Of a DNA stretch of 64,000 nucleotides, positions 1 through 9,527 are shown one piece after another. The stretch is from Bacteroidota bacterium. Lineage in GTDB: Bacteria > Bacteroidota > Ignavibacteria > Ignavibacteriales > Ignavibacteriaceae. Below the pieces are notes generated by a model. That model worked only from the letters and a program-made list of their open reading frames with translations. It had not been told where the DNA came from and did no database searches. The translations under genes and the position numbers were made by a program. The DNA is taken from contig JAEYUD010000073.1 of NCBI GenBank assembly GCA_023433685.1, forward strand, positions 2,750-66,749. The letters run 5' to 3'. How positions within the stretch are numbered: the first letter of the stretch is position 1; each line of letters begins with the position of its first letter.

Positions 1-398
1 GCACTATCGGAACTCTCAACCACCACTTCCACCGGGGCGGGGGCAGCTTTAACTTCCTTCTTTGGAGCAGGGGCAGGGATATTGCGACCTTCTCTCCATT
101 TTGCCATATTAGCTTCGATAACATCGGCAGGGAAGTTCTTTCTAATCATCTGTCTTTTGTAAAGTATACCGGTCTGACGGAGCAGGCTTCTGACGGTATC
201 GGTAGGCTGTGCGCCAAATCCGAGCCACTTCAGTGCTTTTTCTTCATCAACAACTACAGTGTGAGGATCAGTCTTCGGGTTGTACTGTCCGACTGCTTCC
301 AAATACTTTCCGTCTCTCGGTACTCTTGAGTCAACGGCTACAATTTTATAAACGGGCTGTCTTTTCTTGCCCATTCTTTTGAGTCTTAATTTGACCAA
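1..398 (-). CDS. rpsP: 30S ribosomal protein S16 (3' end runs off the window start)
   Basis: Not in the ORF track because there is no stop in the window. My minus-strand translation from TTG at 398..396 reads VKLRLKRMGKKRQPVYKIVAVDSRVPRDGKYLEAVGQYNPKTDPHTVVVDEEKALKWLGFGAQPTDTVRSLL..., the canonical S16 N-terminus. A GGAGGA Shine-Dalgarno (complement of 407..412) lies 8 nt upstream. The position matches the usual ffh-rpsP synteny. Confidence 0.9.
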   Translation of the reverse strand, partial: MVKLRLKRMGKKRQPVYKIVAVDSRVPRDGKYLEAVGQYNPKTDPHTVVVDEEKALKWLGFGAQPTDTVRSLLRQTGILYKRQMIRKNFPADVIEANMAKWREGRNIPAPAPKKEVKAAPAPVEVVVESSDS

Positions 399-427
399 AT
401 CTGGTTTCCTCCGGATATCAAATTATG

Positions 428-1735
428 TTATTTCTGTTTTCTAAAAAAATTCTGCTTGTTAAGGCGTGTGATCATCGTCTGCATTTCTGTGAACTGCTTG
501 ATCAAACGGTTAACATCCTGAATCGAAGTGCCGCTTCCTCTCGCGATTCTGCGACGGCGGCTTCCGTTCAGTATTTTGGGGTTCGATCTCTCCGCCTTTG
601 TCATTGAGCTTATCATCGCTTCAACTTTTACAAGAGCGTTGTCATCAACCTTTTGGTTTTTGACTTGAGACGGTATCCCCGGTATCATTGCAATAAGAGA
701 TGAGAGCGATCCCATCTTCTTGATCATCTTAATCTGTTTCAGGAAGTCGTCGAAGTCGAACCTGTTCTTCCTGAGTTTTTCTTCAAGTTCTTCGGCATCT
801 TTCTGGTCGTAAGCCTCCTGGGCTTTTTCAACCAGACTGACCACGTCTCCCTTCCCAAGTATTCTTGAGGCAAGGCGGTCAGGGTAGAAAATATCCATCG
901 CTTCGAGCTTTTCACCCGTCGAGATGAATTTGATCGGTTTGCCCACCACTTCCCTGATCGAAAGGGCGCAACCACCTCTTGAGTCACCGTCAAGTTTCGT
1001 TAAAACAATACCGTCAAAATTAACGACATCGTTGAACGATTTAGCGGAATTAACCGCGTCCTGTCCGGTCATCGAGTCAACAACAAAAAGAACCTCGGTC
1101 GGTTTCACCAATTGTTTAATATCGGCTACTTCCGTCATCAGTTCTTCGTCAACGTGCAGACGTCCCGCGGTATCGATGATTATCAGATCGTTTCTGTTCT
1201 CATCCGCGAACTTAAGGGCATCTGTTGCAATTTTTCGCGCGTCTTTTACTTCAAGACTGAAAACGGGAACATCAATTTGTGTTCCGAGTGTTTTCAGCTG
1301 ATCAATAGCAGCCGGACGGTAGATGTCTGCCGCCACGAGCAATGGTCTTTTGCCCATCGCCTTGAACCGCTTCGCCAGCTTTCCTGAGAAAGTGGTTTTA
1401 CCGGAACCTTGAAGACCGACCACCAGCAGAATCGTCTTGCCGGATGGGTTCAGGCTGAGTTCCTGTGAAGACCCACCAAGCAGATCGACCAGCTCGTCAT
1501 AAATAATTTTAGTGATCAGCTGACCCGGGGTGATTGAGGCAATAACCTCCTGCCCCATCGCTTTAACCCTTATACGCTCAATAAACTCCTTTGCAACCTT
1601 GTAGTTAACATCGGCATCAAGAAGTATCCGGCGGATCTCCCTTACCGTGTCACTTACGTTCGACTCGGTAAGTTTTCCCTGCCCGCGTATTTTTTTTAGG
1701 GCTAATTCCAGCTTTTCGCTGATATCCTCAAACAT
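428..1735 (-). CDS. ffh: signal recognition particle protein Ffh
   Basis: 435 aa. SRP54-type GTPase motifs GLQGSGKTT, DTAGR and TKLDGD are present, followed by a Met-rich M domain (MIKKMGSLSSLIAMIPG). Confidence 0.95.
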   Translation of the reverse strand: MFEDISEKLELALKKIRGQGKLTESNVSDTVREIRRILLDADVNYKVAKEFIERIRVKAMGQEVIASITPGQLITKIIYDELVDLLGGSSQELSLNPSGKTILLVVGLQGSGKTTFSGKLAKRFKAMGKRPLLVAADIYRPAAIDQLKTLGTQIDVPVFSLEVKDARKIATDALKFADENRNDLIIIDTAGRLHVDEELMTEVADIKQLVKPTEVLFVVDSMTGQDAVNSAKSFNDVVNFDGIVLTKLDGDSRGGCALSIREVVGKPIKFISTGEKLEAMDIFYPDRLASRILGKGDVVSLVEKAQEAYDQKDAEELEEKLRKNRFDFDDFLKQIKMIKKMGSLSSLIAMIPGIPSQVKNQKVDDNALVKVEAMISSMTKAERSNPKILNGSRRRRIARGSGTSIQDVNRLIKQFTEMQTMITRLNKQNFFRKQK

Positions 1736-1743
1736 TCGTAGCG

Positions 1744-2607
1744 CTAACCTTTAAGAGCATTTGCTCCCGAAACAACCTCGAGAAGTTCTTTCGTGATGGC
1801 TGCCTGCCTGGCTTTATTATATGTTAGCTTCAGCGATGTGATCAGCTCTGACGCATTCGTGGTCGCGTTCTCCATCGCGGTCATTCTTGCTCCAAACTCT
1901 GCGGCATTTGAATCGAGAAGAGCCTTCCAAAGGTTGGTTTCAAGATACTGCGGCAAAAGTGAGTTCAGAATATCTTTTTGCGAAGGCTCGAAAATGAAAA
2001 GGTCGCCTGATGTACCTTCCTGAACCTCGAGAGGCACCGGGAGGAACTGCGACACGATCACTTTCTGCGATATAACCGACTTGAATTCGTTATATATAAA
2101 AGTAACCTTGTCGAACCTGCCTTCGAGATAACCACTCAATATCGATGGGAGAATCTTCCCGACGAATGAGAAATTCAACGAATTGAACAACCCCGTGAGG
2201 TCACCTTCCAATTTGTAGTCACGCTTCCGGAAATGGTCGTAACCCTTCTTTCCAACGCAATACATCAAGGGATTTATTCCCCTGGCTTTCAGACCGCTGA
2301 CATAAGCCGTGGTCTCTTTGATAATATTGGTATTGAAAGCTCCGCAGAGCCCTCTGTCGGCAGTGATCACAACCACCAGCTCGGTCTTCACTTCCCTCGT
2401 TTTCACGAAGGGATTTGTAGCCTTGTCTTCCTCCGTGAAGAGATTGCTGACAAGGCTTCCCAATTTATTTGTGTAAGGTCTCGCGCTGATGATAGCATCC
2501 GTGGCACGGCGTAATTTCGCCGCGGCAACCATTTTCATCGCCTTTGTGATCTGCTGGGTGCTCTTGACACCTTTGATCCTGCTTCTCAGGTCTCTAAGTG
2601 TTGCCAT
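1744..2607 (-). CDS. atpG: F1 ATP synthase gamma subunit
   Basis: 287 aa. The N-terminus LRDLRSRIKGVKSTQQITKAMKMVAAAKLRRA and C-terminus YNKARQAAITKELLEVVSGA are typical of gamma. The gene lies directly after atpA. Confidence 0.9.
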   Translation of the reverse strand: MATLRDLRSRIKGVKSTQQITKAMKMVAAAKLRRATDAIISARPYTNKLGSLVSNLFTEEDKATNPFVKTREVKTELVVVITADRGLCGAFNTNIIKETTAYVSGLKARGINPLMYCVGKKGYDHFRKRDYKLEGDLTGLFNSLNFSFVGKILPSILSGYLEGRFDKVTFIYNEFKSVISQKVIVSQFLPVPLEVQEGTSGDLFIFEPSQKDILNSLLPQYLETNLWKALLDSNAAEFGARMTAMENATTNASELITSLKLTYNKARQAAITKELLEVVSGANALKG

Positions 2608-2619
2608 GTCTCTTCAGCT

Positions 2620-4164
2620 CTACTTCTTGAATGAAGCGGAAAATTCAACAACTGATTTCTTGATCAGCTCTTCAGTAGCAGGTTTTATCTCTTTGGCTTC
2701 CCTGATGCTCTTAAGAATATCAGGATACTGCCTTTCGATAAACTCGATGTACTCGTGCTCAAATTCCTTCACTCTTGATATCTCAACTTCATCGAGGTAG
2801 CCTCTTGTACCCACGTACACCGATACAACCTGTCTTTCAACCGGTATCGGACGATAGATACCCTGTTTCAGAAGTTCAACAAGACGTGAACCTCTCGAGA
2901 GGGTTCTCTGAGTTGATACATCAAGATCACTTCCGAATTTCGCGAAAGCTTCGAGTTCCCTGTACTGGGCAAGATCAAGTTTCAGACTTCCAGCAACCTT
3001 CTTCATGGCTTTTATCTGCGCGTTACCACCCACACGGGAAACGGAGATTCCCACGTTGATGGCGGGACGCACACCCGCGTTGAAGAGGTTTGGTTCGAGG
3101 TATATCTGACCATCGGTGATCGAGATTACGTTCGTAGGGATGTAAGCCGAAACGTCACCCTGTTGGGTTTCGATGATCGGAAGCGCGGTTAACGAACCGC
3201 CACCGAGTTCATCACTCAACTTTGATGCTCTCTCAAGAAGCCTTGAGTGGAGATAGAATACGTCACCCGGGTAGGCTTCACGTCCCGGAGGCCTTCTCAA
3301 AAGAAGTGAAAGCTCTCTGTAAGCCGCAGCCTGCTTTGAAAGATCATCGTAAATCACGAGGGCATGTCTGCCTGAATCCCTGAAGAACTCGCCAAGGCAA
3401 GCGCCTGAATAAGGAGCAATGAACTGCATGGGAGCCGGGTCTGAGGCTGACGCTGAAATAACCGTGGTATACGCCATAGCGCCTGTTTCCTGCAACTTGG
3501 CTACTACCTGTGCAACGGTCGAACGTTTCTGTCCAACAGAAACATAGATACAGTAAACAGGATTGATACCGTTGGCTTTTGCCTCTTCGGTATGTGTAAA
3601 TTTCTGATTGATGATCGTATCAATTGCAATGGCAGTTTTACCGGTCTGGCGGTCACCGATGATCAACTCTCTCTGACCACGTCCGATCGGGATCATGGCA
3701 TCAATAGCTGTTATACCGGTCTGAAGGGGCTCTTTTACTGGCTGACGCTGCATAACGCCAAGAGCTTTCTTCTCGATCTCCTGAGTTTTGGTAGTGTTGA
3801 TGCTTCCTTTGCCATCTATCGGGATGCCAAGCGGGGTTATAACCCTGCCGAGCATTTCTTCACCAACAGGCATCGAAGCAACAAGCCCGCTTCTTCTTAC
3901 CTCATCACCCTCTTTTACAAGAGATGAATCACCAAAAAGAGCGCAACCAACGGAGTCTTCTTCAAGGTTAAGAACCATACCAACAACATCATTTGGGAAC
4001 TTAACCAGCTCGCTTGCCATTACCTTCGAAAGACCGTAGACTCTCGCTATACCATCACCAACGGAAAGAACGGTACCTGTTTCATAGATATCCGCTTCCG
4101 ATTTCTGTCCGGACAATTGCTCTCTAAGTAGATTTGTTATCTCATCCGGTCTGATTTTAATCAT
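2620..4164 (-). CDS. atpA: F1 ATP synthase alpha subunit
   Basis: 514 aa. It has the P-loop [11 protein letters not shown] and alpha-type conserved blocks ([27 protein letters not shown]). Confidence 0.95.
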   Translation of the reverse strand: MIKIRPDEITNLLREQLSGQKSEADIYETGTVLSVGDGIARVYGLSKVMASELVKFPNDVVGMVLNLEEDSVGCALFGDSSLVKEGDEVRRSGLVASMPVGEEMLGRVITPLGIPIDGKGSINTTKTQEIEKKALGVMQRQPVKEPLQTGITAIDAMIPIGRGQRELIIGDRQTGKTAIAIDTIINQKFTHTEEAKANGINPVYCIYVSVGQKRSTVAQVVAKLQETGAMAYTTVISASASDPAPMQFIAPYSGACLGEFFRDSGRHALVIYDDLSKQAAAYRELSLLLRRPPGREAYPGDVFYLHSRLLERASKLSDELGGGSLTALPIIETQQGDVSAYIPTNVISITDGQIYLEPNLFNAGVRPAINVGISVSRVGGNAQIKAMKKVAGSLKLDLAQYRELEAFAKFGSDLDVSTQRTLSRGSRLVELLKQGIYRPIPVERQVVSVYVGTRGYLDEVEISRVKEFEHEYIEFIERQYPDILKSIREAKEIKPATEELIKKSVVEFSASFKK

Positions 4165-4180
4165 ATATCAAGTCCCATAG

Positions 4181-4741
4181 TTAAATTTTGTTTAGCGAAA
4201 CGCCGGCGCTGCTGAAAGTTCTGCGCAGTTTGTCCAGCTGATTCTTCACAGATGCGTCAACTACTACTTCATCCGTCCTGGCTACAAAGCCGCCAATCAG
4301 ATCAGGGTTTGTCGTTACCTTTAACTTCAATTTACACTTGAAGTAGTCTTCAAACTCCTTTTTAAGCTTCGCGACTTCCGCGTCATCAAGGTCGAACGCC
4401 GAAGATATTTCAAGATTCTTGAACCCGGCTTCCCGGTCGGCTACACTGATATACGCGGCAAAGATCTCACGGGTGAAGGATAATCTTTCCCTTTTCCCGA
4501 GGAACTCGATAAAGCGGACAAGTGAATCGTCAACTTTGCCTTTGCAAATTTTTAGAAGTATGGCAAGTTTATCCGATTCGCGAAATACGGGCGACTGAAT
4601 CACACGGCTGAGGTTGTCATTTTCTTTAAAGACGTTCAAAATGCTTTCAACATCTTCATAGACAGCTTTGGCATTCCCGCCGGTACCCGACTCCGAATAG
4701 AGGGTAGAAGCATATTTGACGGCTACCTTGCTGAAAAACAT
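4181..4741 (-). CDS. atpH: F1 ATP synthase delta (OSCP) subunit
   Basis: 186 aa, located between atpF and atpA. The C-terminus is OSCP-like (LIGGFVARTDEVVVDASVKNQLDKL). Confidence 0.75.
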   Translation of the reverse strand: MFFSKVAVKYASTLYSESGTGGNAKAVYEDVESILNVFKENDNLSRVIQSPVFRESDKLAILLKICKGKVDDSLVRFIEFLGKRERLSFTREIFAAYISVADREAGFKNLEISSAFDLDDAEVAKLKKEFEDYFKCKLKLKVTTNPDLIGGFVARTDEVVVDASVKNQLDKLRRTFSSAGVSLNKI

Positions 4742-4743
4742 CG

Positions 4744-5286
4744 TTAGTTATTCCTTATTTCATCAATAAATTTATCAACCAACAATTTGTTTTTCCCGGC
4801 ATCAAGATTGGCTTTGATAACCTTTTCAGCAGCGGCCACTACTACATCAGCAACATCTTTTGTTACCTTTTCGACCATTTCACGCTCGCGGTTTTCGAGC
4901 TCTGCATCAAAGTCTTTTCTCTTTTTCTCAAATTCATCCTTCAGCTCATCAGCCATTTTGGCACGCTGCTCCTGAATGAATTTTTTGCTCTCTTCCATCT
5001 GCCTTCTGGCTGCTTCATCATTCTCTTTTCGGGCTTTTTCATTTTCAGCCCTCAAGAGGTCAGCTTCTTCCTTCGCCTTCTTTGCCGCTTCAAGCGCGTC
5101 TTTAATACCCTTTTCCCTCTCATCGAGAGCGTTCAGGATAGGCTTCCAGGCATATTTGGCAAGTATGAGCAACAGTGCGATGAACGTGAGTACGGTCCAG
5201 AATGCCAGACCGCCATTTACATCGAGCAGGCTTACCTTGCCTTCCTCACCGGAAGACGCAAGCATGACAAATGTGCTAAAGATCAT
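4744..5286 (-). CDS. atpF: F0 ATP synthase b subunit
   Basis: 180 aa. A single N-terminal TM helix is followed by a long charged helix. The operon position is between atpE and atpH. Confidence 0.75.
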   Translation of the reverse strand: MIFSTFVMLASSGEEGKVSLLDVNGGLAFWTVLTFIALLLILAKYAWKPILNALDEREKGIKDALEAAKKAKEEADLLRAENEKARKENDEAARRQMEESKKFIQEQRAKMADELKDEFEKKRKDFDAELENREREMVEKVTKDVADVVVAAAEKVIKANLDAGKNKLLVDKFIDEIRNN

Positions 5287-5309
5287 TGTTTTACCTTTGC
5301 TTTAATGCC

Positions 5310-5528
5310 TTATTTTCCGGCAAGGATGAAGCAGATAACGAGCGCGAAGAGTGAGATACCTTCGATAAGCGCCGCGGCAATGATCATAGTGGTTCTGATA
5401 CCACCACCAGCCTCAGGCTGACGACCGGTTGCTTCCATAGCTGCTGCAGCAAGCTTGCCAATACCAAAACCACCACCGATGATTGTTAAGGCTGCTCCGA
5501 TACCGGCTGCTAAATGTGCTAACTCCAT
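5310..5528 (-). CDS. atpE: F0 ATP synthase c subunit
   Basis: 72 aa two-helix hairpin. Helix 1 is Gly-rich (IGGGFGIG) and helix 2 carries a conserved carboxylate (AALIEGISLFALV). Confidence 0.9.
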   Translation of the reverse strand: MELAHLAAGIGAALTIIGGGFGIGKLAAAAMEATGRQPEAGGGIRTTMIIAAALIEGISLFALVICFILAGK

Positions 5529-5563
5529 TTTGATTCCTCCGTAATAGAATTGTTTTTCGTTTT

Positions 5564-6412
5564 TTAATGATCCTGATGCACTGCCATGCCAATGAATACG
5601 GCTGACAGCATTGTAAAAATGTAGGCCTGAAGTCCCGCTACCAGAATTTCAAGCATGTAGATGAACAATGCCATTCCGACTGAAACAGGTGCAACCACCA
5701 GAGTTTTCATGGCAAATATCAGCCCTATGAGGGCGTAAATAACTATGTGACCGGCGGTCATGTTCGCGAAAAGACGGATGGCGAGCGCGAATGGCTTCGT
5801 GAACAATCCGAGCAGCTCAACCACTATCATGATCGGCAAAAGGAATACGGGGATCCCATGAGGGATCAATCCCTTGAAATATCCAAATACGCCGTTTTTC
5901 TTCATGCCTCCCCACTGGATGACAATAAAAGAAAGCGTTGCAAGTGTCGCGGTAACTGAAATGTTGCTGGTGGCAGTCGCGGAAAACGGTATCAAACCAA
6001 GGAAGTTCGCGAATAATATAAAAAAGAAAGCGGTGAGCAGATATGGAACAAATTTCTCATATCCCCCTCCGATGCTCGGCTTCGCGATCTCATCCCTGAC
6101 AAAAAGTATCAAAATCTCAATGGCGCTTGTCAGCCTGTTGGGTATGCTCGTCTTACTGTATCTTTTTGCCGTACGGACAAGAAGAACCACCAGAATAATG
6201 GCAGCAAGCCACATAAAAACCACGTGTCTGGTGATCGCGATATGAAAATCACCGATCCAGAAATCGGGCAATGGTATCTTGCCGAACGGCGTGAAGTCGA
6301 GGTAGTTTCCATCCATGATATGATGGAGGATCCAGTCACTACTCTGGCTTGCGCCTTCACTGTGAGCTTTATTAAGAGTGTCAGCTAATGCTTTTGTGGT
6401 ATCAGTGTACAT
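5564..6412 (-). CDS. atpB: F0 ATP synthase a subunit
   Basis: 282 aa polytopic membrane protein. It has the conserved Arg block of subunit a (LAIRLFANMTAGH). Confidence 0.85.
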   Translation of the reverse strand: MYTDTTKALADTLNKAHSEGASQSSDWILHHIMDGNYLDFTPFGKIPLPDFWIGDFHIAITRHVVFMWLAAIILVVLLVRTAKRYSKTSIPNRLTSAIEILILFVRDEIAKPSIGGGYEKFVPYLLTAFFFILFANFLGLIPFSATATSNISVTATLATLSFIVIQWGGMKKNGVFGYFKGLIPHGIPVFLLPIMIVVELLGLFTKPFALAIRLFANMTAGHIVIYALIGLIFAMKTLVVAPVSVGMALFIYMLEILVAGLQAYIFTMLSAVFIGMAVHQDH

Positions 6413-6803
6413 TATTTGAAAGTGTCTTCTTCTCTGATTTCACTAAATAGATCAGTTGCAGGGTCAGGTACAAAAAATAAAAAATAAAGACTGTAAGTAT
6501 ATAATATTTTTCGCTAAAATTCAAGACATAAAGGGAAAATATTATGAACAGTGCCAGGAACATCATCATTAATGTCATTGCCCCGAGCACAATTATCATG
6601 AAATTCTTGTCCTCTTTGTTCGAGGCATATTTTATTGCTGCCACTCCGGCGGCAAAATTAAGCACCCCCGGAATCTGCCCCCAGAAAAATTCCCTGACCG
6701 GCAGGATATCAGCAGGAAAGAAGATCAGCCCCGCCAAACCTGTAACCAGAAAAACAGTTATCAACACCACTGACACGGTCAGTAGCTTACTTTTTGGGTC
6801 CAT
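6402..6803 (-). CDS. small 4-TM membrane protein, AtpI-like by position
   Basis: 133 aa and strongly hydrophobic. It overlaps the atpB start by 11 nt and the preceding atpZ-like gene by 17 nt. The assignment rests on position only. Confidence 0.4.
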   Translation of the reverse strand: MDPKSKLLTVSVVLITVFLVTGLAGLIFFPADILPVREFFWGQIPGVLNFAAGVAAIKYASNKEDKNFMIIVLGAMTLMMMFLALFIIFSLYVLNFSEKYYILTVFIFYFLYLTLQLIYLVKSEKKTLSNNVH

Positions 6804-7038
6804 CTTTCTTCACATTCTTTTTTTCAAGATCCATTACCGTTTTGATGAAGCTGTAAATACCGATGGTTATTCCGGCAAAGGAACAGATCCACAGCCAGTA
6901 GCCCGTGCTGTATTTTTCGTCAAGCCACTGCCCCAGGAACACCATGCCAACGATCGTTACGGCAAGTTGCACCCCGAGCCCCATATAGGGAGCCACAGCT
7001 TTCAGACTCTCGGCTATATTGTCTTCGCTTTTAGGCAC
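6787..7038 (-). CDS. AtpZ/AtpR-like (ATPase_gene1 family) small membrane protein
   Basis: The ORF-track frame 6787..7149 contains the two-TM pattern LKAVAPYMGLGVQLAVTIVGMVFLGQWLDEKY...WLWICSFAGITIGIYSFI. The first ~37 codons overlap the bactofilin gene, so I favour the in-frame GTG at 7038..7036; ATG at 6984 is an alternative. The start is uncertain. Confidence 0.5.
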   Translation of the reverse strand: MPKSEDNIAESLKAVAPYMGLGVQLAVTIVGMVFLGQWLDEKYSTGYWLWICSFAGITIGIYSFIKTVMDLEKKNVKKDGPKK

Positions 7039-7441
7039 CGGTCTCCTCTGTGCTTTTCTCACCGGCAGGGTCTTCCATTTCTTCCACTTTAAGCGGTTCG
7101 GTACCGTCTTCAACTTTTCCTTTGTACACCCCGCCCTCTTCGATAACAAGAGTCTTGCTTTTTATGTCACCGTGCAGTGCGCCTGTGCTTGTTATTTCAA
7201 CTTTTTCAGTGGCGTACGCATTTCCGGTGACCTTCCCTGCTATCGAAATGCTGCCGGCTACGAGGTTTCCGGTAATTCTGGCACTCTTCCCTATCAGAAG
7301 CAGGCCGTCAACCCTGATATCCCCCTTCAGTTGGCCATCATACCGCATGTCGCATTCACCCTCCACTTCACCTCTGATTATCACGTCGGAGGAGATCACG
7401 GTGATCGGGCGGTAAAATTTCTTTTCTAACTTAAATTTCAT
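7031..7441 (-). CDS. bactofilin (polymer-forming cytoskeletal protein, DUF583)
   Basis: 136 aa. It has the repetitive beta-helix pattern ISSDVIIRGEVEGECDMRYDGQLKGDIRVDGLLLIGKSARITGNLVAGSISIAGKVTGNAYATEKVEITSTGALHGDIKSKTLVIEEGGVYKGKV and an acidic/Pro-containing tail. Confidence 0.85.
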   Translation of the reverse strand: MKFKLEKKFYRPITVISSDVIIRGEVEGECDMRYDGQLKGDIRVDGLLLIGKSARITGNLVAGSISIAGKVTGNAYATEKVEITSTGALHGDIKSKTLVIEEGGVYKGKVEDGTEPLKVEEMEDPAGEKSTEETGA

Positions 7442-7848
7442 TTTATCTGTTTATTCTTCCCGTTTTTCTTCAAGACCGGAGGTACCTTCACTGAATCCGT
7501 CTGTTTCCCGTTGGTGGAATCTGTTAATGTCAGAAGGAACTTCATTCTTTCATTCTCGAGTCTGATCTTGTTTAGCTCGGATGCAAGCACGGTTACCCGT
7601 TTGTTCAAATTCTGAATTGTCGCCAGATCCTGATCAGAGAGCTCTGCCTTTACATCCACCAGAGTGTTAAATGGAGTAAACCTGAAAACGAAAAATGATA
7701 TCAACAGGGTTGCAATCAGTATTACGCCAAAGTAGATCACCCCTTTCCTGAAACCTATAACAGTTACCGGCACTTCGGAGTGGTTATCAGCCGGAAGCAG
7801 CAGAAGCCTGAATCTCAGTTTTTCAAGCTTTTTCCTGATCTTATCCAT
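7438..7848 (-). CDS. hypothetical membrane-anchored coiled-coil protein
   Basis: 136 aa with one TM helix (VIYFGVILIATLLISFFVF), then a heptad-like segment (IQNLNKRVTVLASELNKIRLENERMKFLL) and a K-rich tail. Its ATGA overlaps the bactofilin start. No catalytic domain was recognised. Confidence 0.45.
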   Translation of the reverse strand: MDKIRKKLEKLRFRLLLLPADNHSEVPVTVIGFRKGVIYFGVILIATLLISFFVFRFTPFNTLVDVKAELSDQDLATIQNLNKRVTVLASELNKIRLENERMKFLLTLTDSTNGKQTDSVKVPPVLKKNGKNKQIK

Positions 7849-8479
7849 CCCGCCTGCTGTACTTGTTCAGTATCTCGTTAAAAGAGATCATTCCTTCCCG
7901 CAACAATTTTGGTTCATCCCCTGAAAGATCGATCACAGTGGAAGCTATGTTCAGAGGAGGTCTTGAAGTGTAGAATATAGCGTCAATTTCACCGCTGAAC
8001 TCCTGTGAGATCAAACTGAAATCATTCATTGCCGGTTCATCACTTCTGTTTACACTGGTTGATACAAGCGGCATTTTCAATTCGGTGAGGAGTTTTCTGC
8101 AAAAACTGTGATTCGGAACCCTGAAAGCCGTCGTCTCCTCTCCCATGATATCCCGGTAATACGAATTCAACCGCAACACAATCGAAACCGGATTGGGCCA
8201 AAGCGACAGCAGAAGATCAGCGTGCGCTTCATCCTTTAACTCCACATATTTAAGAACCATTTCGAGATCTGCTGCAAGAAGAATGAACTTCTTCCCGATG
8301 CTTCTTCTTTTCATCGCCGTTATCTTGGCGAGCGCGTCCTGGTTAAATGGATTTGCGCCGAATCCATAAATAGTATCGGTAGGATACGCGAAAACCTTTC
8401 CCTCATAATACAATTTCGTCGCGGTGGTTATCGCCTCACCAGGTTTTTCGTCAAGATTTATTTTTAATGTCTTACTCAT
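7841..8479 (-). CDS. YrdC/TsaC-family L-threonylcarbamoyladenylate synthase
   Basis: 212 aa with YrdC-fold motifs (VFAYPTDTIYGFGANPFN, ...TAFRVPNH..., PLVSTSVN). Confidence 0.8.
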   Translation of the reverse strand: MSKTLKINLDEKPGEAITTATKLYYEGKVFAYPTDTIYGFGANPFNQDALAKITAMKRRSIGKKFILLAADLEMVLKYVELKDEAHADLLLSLWPNPVSIVLRLNSYYRDIMGEETTAFRVPNHSFCRKLLTELKMPLVSTSVNRSDEPAMNDFSLISQEFSGEIDAIFYTSRPPLNIASTVIDLSGDEPKLLREGMISFNEILNKYSRRDG

Positions 8480-9527
8480 TTTCCGTCAAGATTTGGTTTA
8501 CTTTGTTTAAAACCTCGTAAGGGTATAATCCGGTTCCACACTCAAATCCGGAGGTGGGACATTTTTTGTGCCCGTGAACCCCGCATGGCTTGCATGTTAC
8601 ATCCTTCGTGAGGTGGTGGCTGCGGGTTGAGTATCCATAAAAACCAAATTCAGGAACTGTCGAGCAATATATAGTCAGTACCGGGGCTCCCGCAGCCATA
8701 GCAAAATGCGTCGGGGCGCTATCGTTGGTTATTACCAGCGAAACATGTCTGAGTAATTCAATCGACTCAATTATACTGAATTCACCACATAAATTGAGTA
8801 TCTTTTCGCCTGAATGTCTGATGATCTCCGCCCCCATCTCCTTTTCAGCAGCACTTCCGCCGATGACTACCGTTTGTCCCTGCGAAGAAAGGGCTGCCGC
8901 CACTTCCGCGTAATATTTTATTGGATACCTTTTAGTTTCCCAGACGCTTCCGGGAAATATTGCAATTGTTTTTTGTCCGCCGTTGATTCCACGTAGAAAA
9001 GATTCAACCCTGGTTTTCTGATCACCGGTTGCAACCACTTCCGGCATTATCTTCCATCGGTCGTCTCTGTAATCCCCAAGCATGTTCAGGTTTCGTTTTA
9101 CTTCGTGATCGTTGTGGACGTATTTTACACGTCTATTGTAGAGGAAAGATAAAGCTGCAATGTCGAAACCCGTCGACTCTTGTGCCCCGGCAAGACTCAT
9201 GATCAATGTGGTACGGAATGACCGGTGAAGCGAGTAAAGCCTGGAGTATTTTCTTTCTCTCAACTCTGAAGCGAACTTGGTTAACCCCTTGCCACCTTTG
9301 TGTTCCCCCCTTTTGTGAAATATGTGCACCCCGGAAACAGATGGCGAATGCCCGAATATCTCCGCGGAAACGGGCGCGGATACCACGTCTATCTCATCCC
9401 CGGGATTGAGTCTCTTCAACTCCTGTATAAAGGGGAGAGCCAGCACGGAATCCCCCGGAAAGGCCGTCTGGATGACAAGTATCCTGCCGCTGCTCAATAC
9501 TTCCACCTGTTGTGCATCCAAAACCAT
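8472..9527 (-). CDS. glycosyltransferase family 9 (LPS heptosyltransferase-like)
   Basis: 351 aa. The N-terminus is GT9-typical (ILVIQTAFPGDSVLALPFIQELKR) and the C-terminal block is VITNDSAPTHFAMAAGAPVLTIY. The annotated ATG overlaps the upstream gene by 34 nt; in-frame TTG 9521 or GTG 9506 are alternative starts. Confidence 0.75.
   Translation of the reverse strand: MVLDAQQVEVLSSGRILVIQTAFPGDSVLALPFIQELKRLNPGDEIDVVSAPVSAEIFGHSPSVSGVHIFHKRGEHKGGKGLTKFASELRERKYSRLYSLHRSFRTTLIMSLAGAQESTGFDIAALSFLYNRRVKYVHNDHEVKRNLNMLGDYRDDRWKIMPEVVATGDQKTRVESFLRGINGGQKTIAIFPGSVWETKRYPIKYYAEVAAALSSQGQTVVIGGSAAEKEMGAEIIRHSGEKILNLCGEFSIIESIELLRHVSLVITNDSAPTHFAMAAGAPVLTIYCSTVPEFGFYGYSTRSHHLTKDVTCKPCGVHGHKKCPTSGFECGTGLYPYEVLNKVNQILTENE

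Noticed and set aside
1-140. C-terminal extension of S16 (…KNFPADVIEANMAKWREGRNIPAPAPKKEVKAAPAPVEVVV…) as a novelty.
   Set aside because: As far as I recall, long Ala/Pro/Lys-rich S16 tails are common in Bacteroidota-type lineages. The gene is also truncated by the window, so nothing can be concluded.
6544-7092. 182-aa + strand ORF opposite the atpI/atpZ/bactofilin region. Similar long antisense ORFs occur at 924..1301, 31508..32020, 33712..34185, 36666..37193, 39134..39595, 50675..51196 and 53252..53815.
   Set aside because: All lie entirely antisense to genes with strong family signatures. Their translations are low-complexity or Ser/Arg/Leu-rich with no recognisable motifs. They are typical shadow ORFs.
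7039-7149. N-terminal 37 codons of the track ORF 6787..7149 (MLSKRAGCTKEKLKTVPNRLKWKKWKTLPVRKAQRRP).
   Set aside because: This stretch overlaps the bactofilin coding sequence in another frame and is not part of the conserved AtpZ two-TM core. An in-frame GTG at 7038 gives a family-typical length.
9494-9527. 34-nt overlap between the GT9 gene and the LpxL-like gene as possible programmed overlap or frameshift.
   Set aside because: It is explained more simply by start-codon choice. In-frame TTG (9521) or GTG (9506) reduces the overlap to 28 or 13 nt and leaves the conserved ILVIQTAFPGD N-terminus intact.
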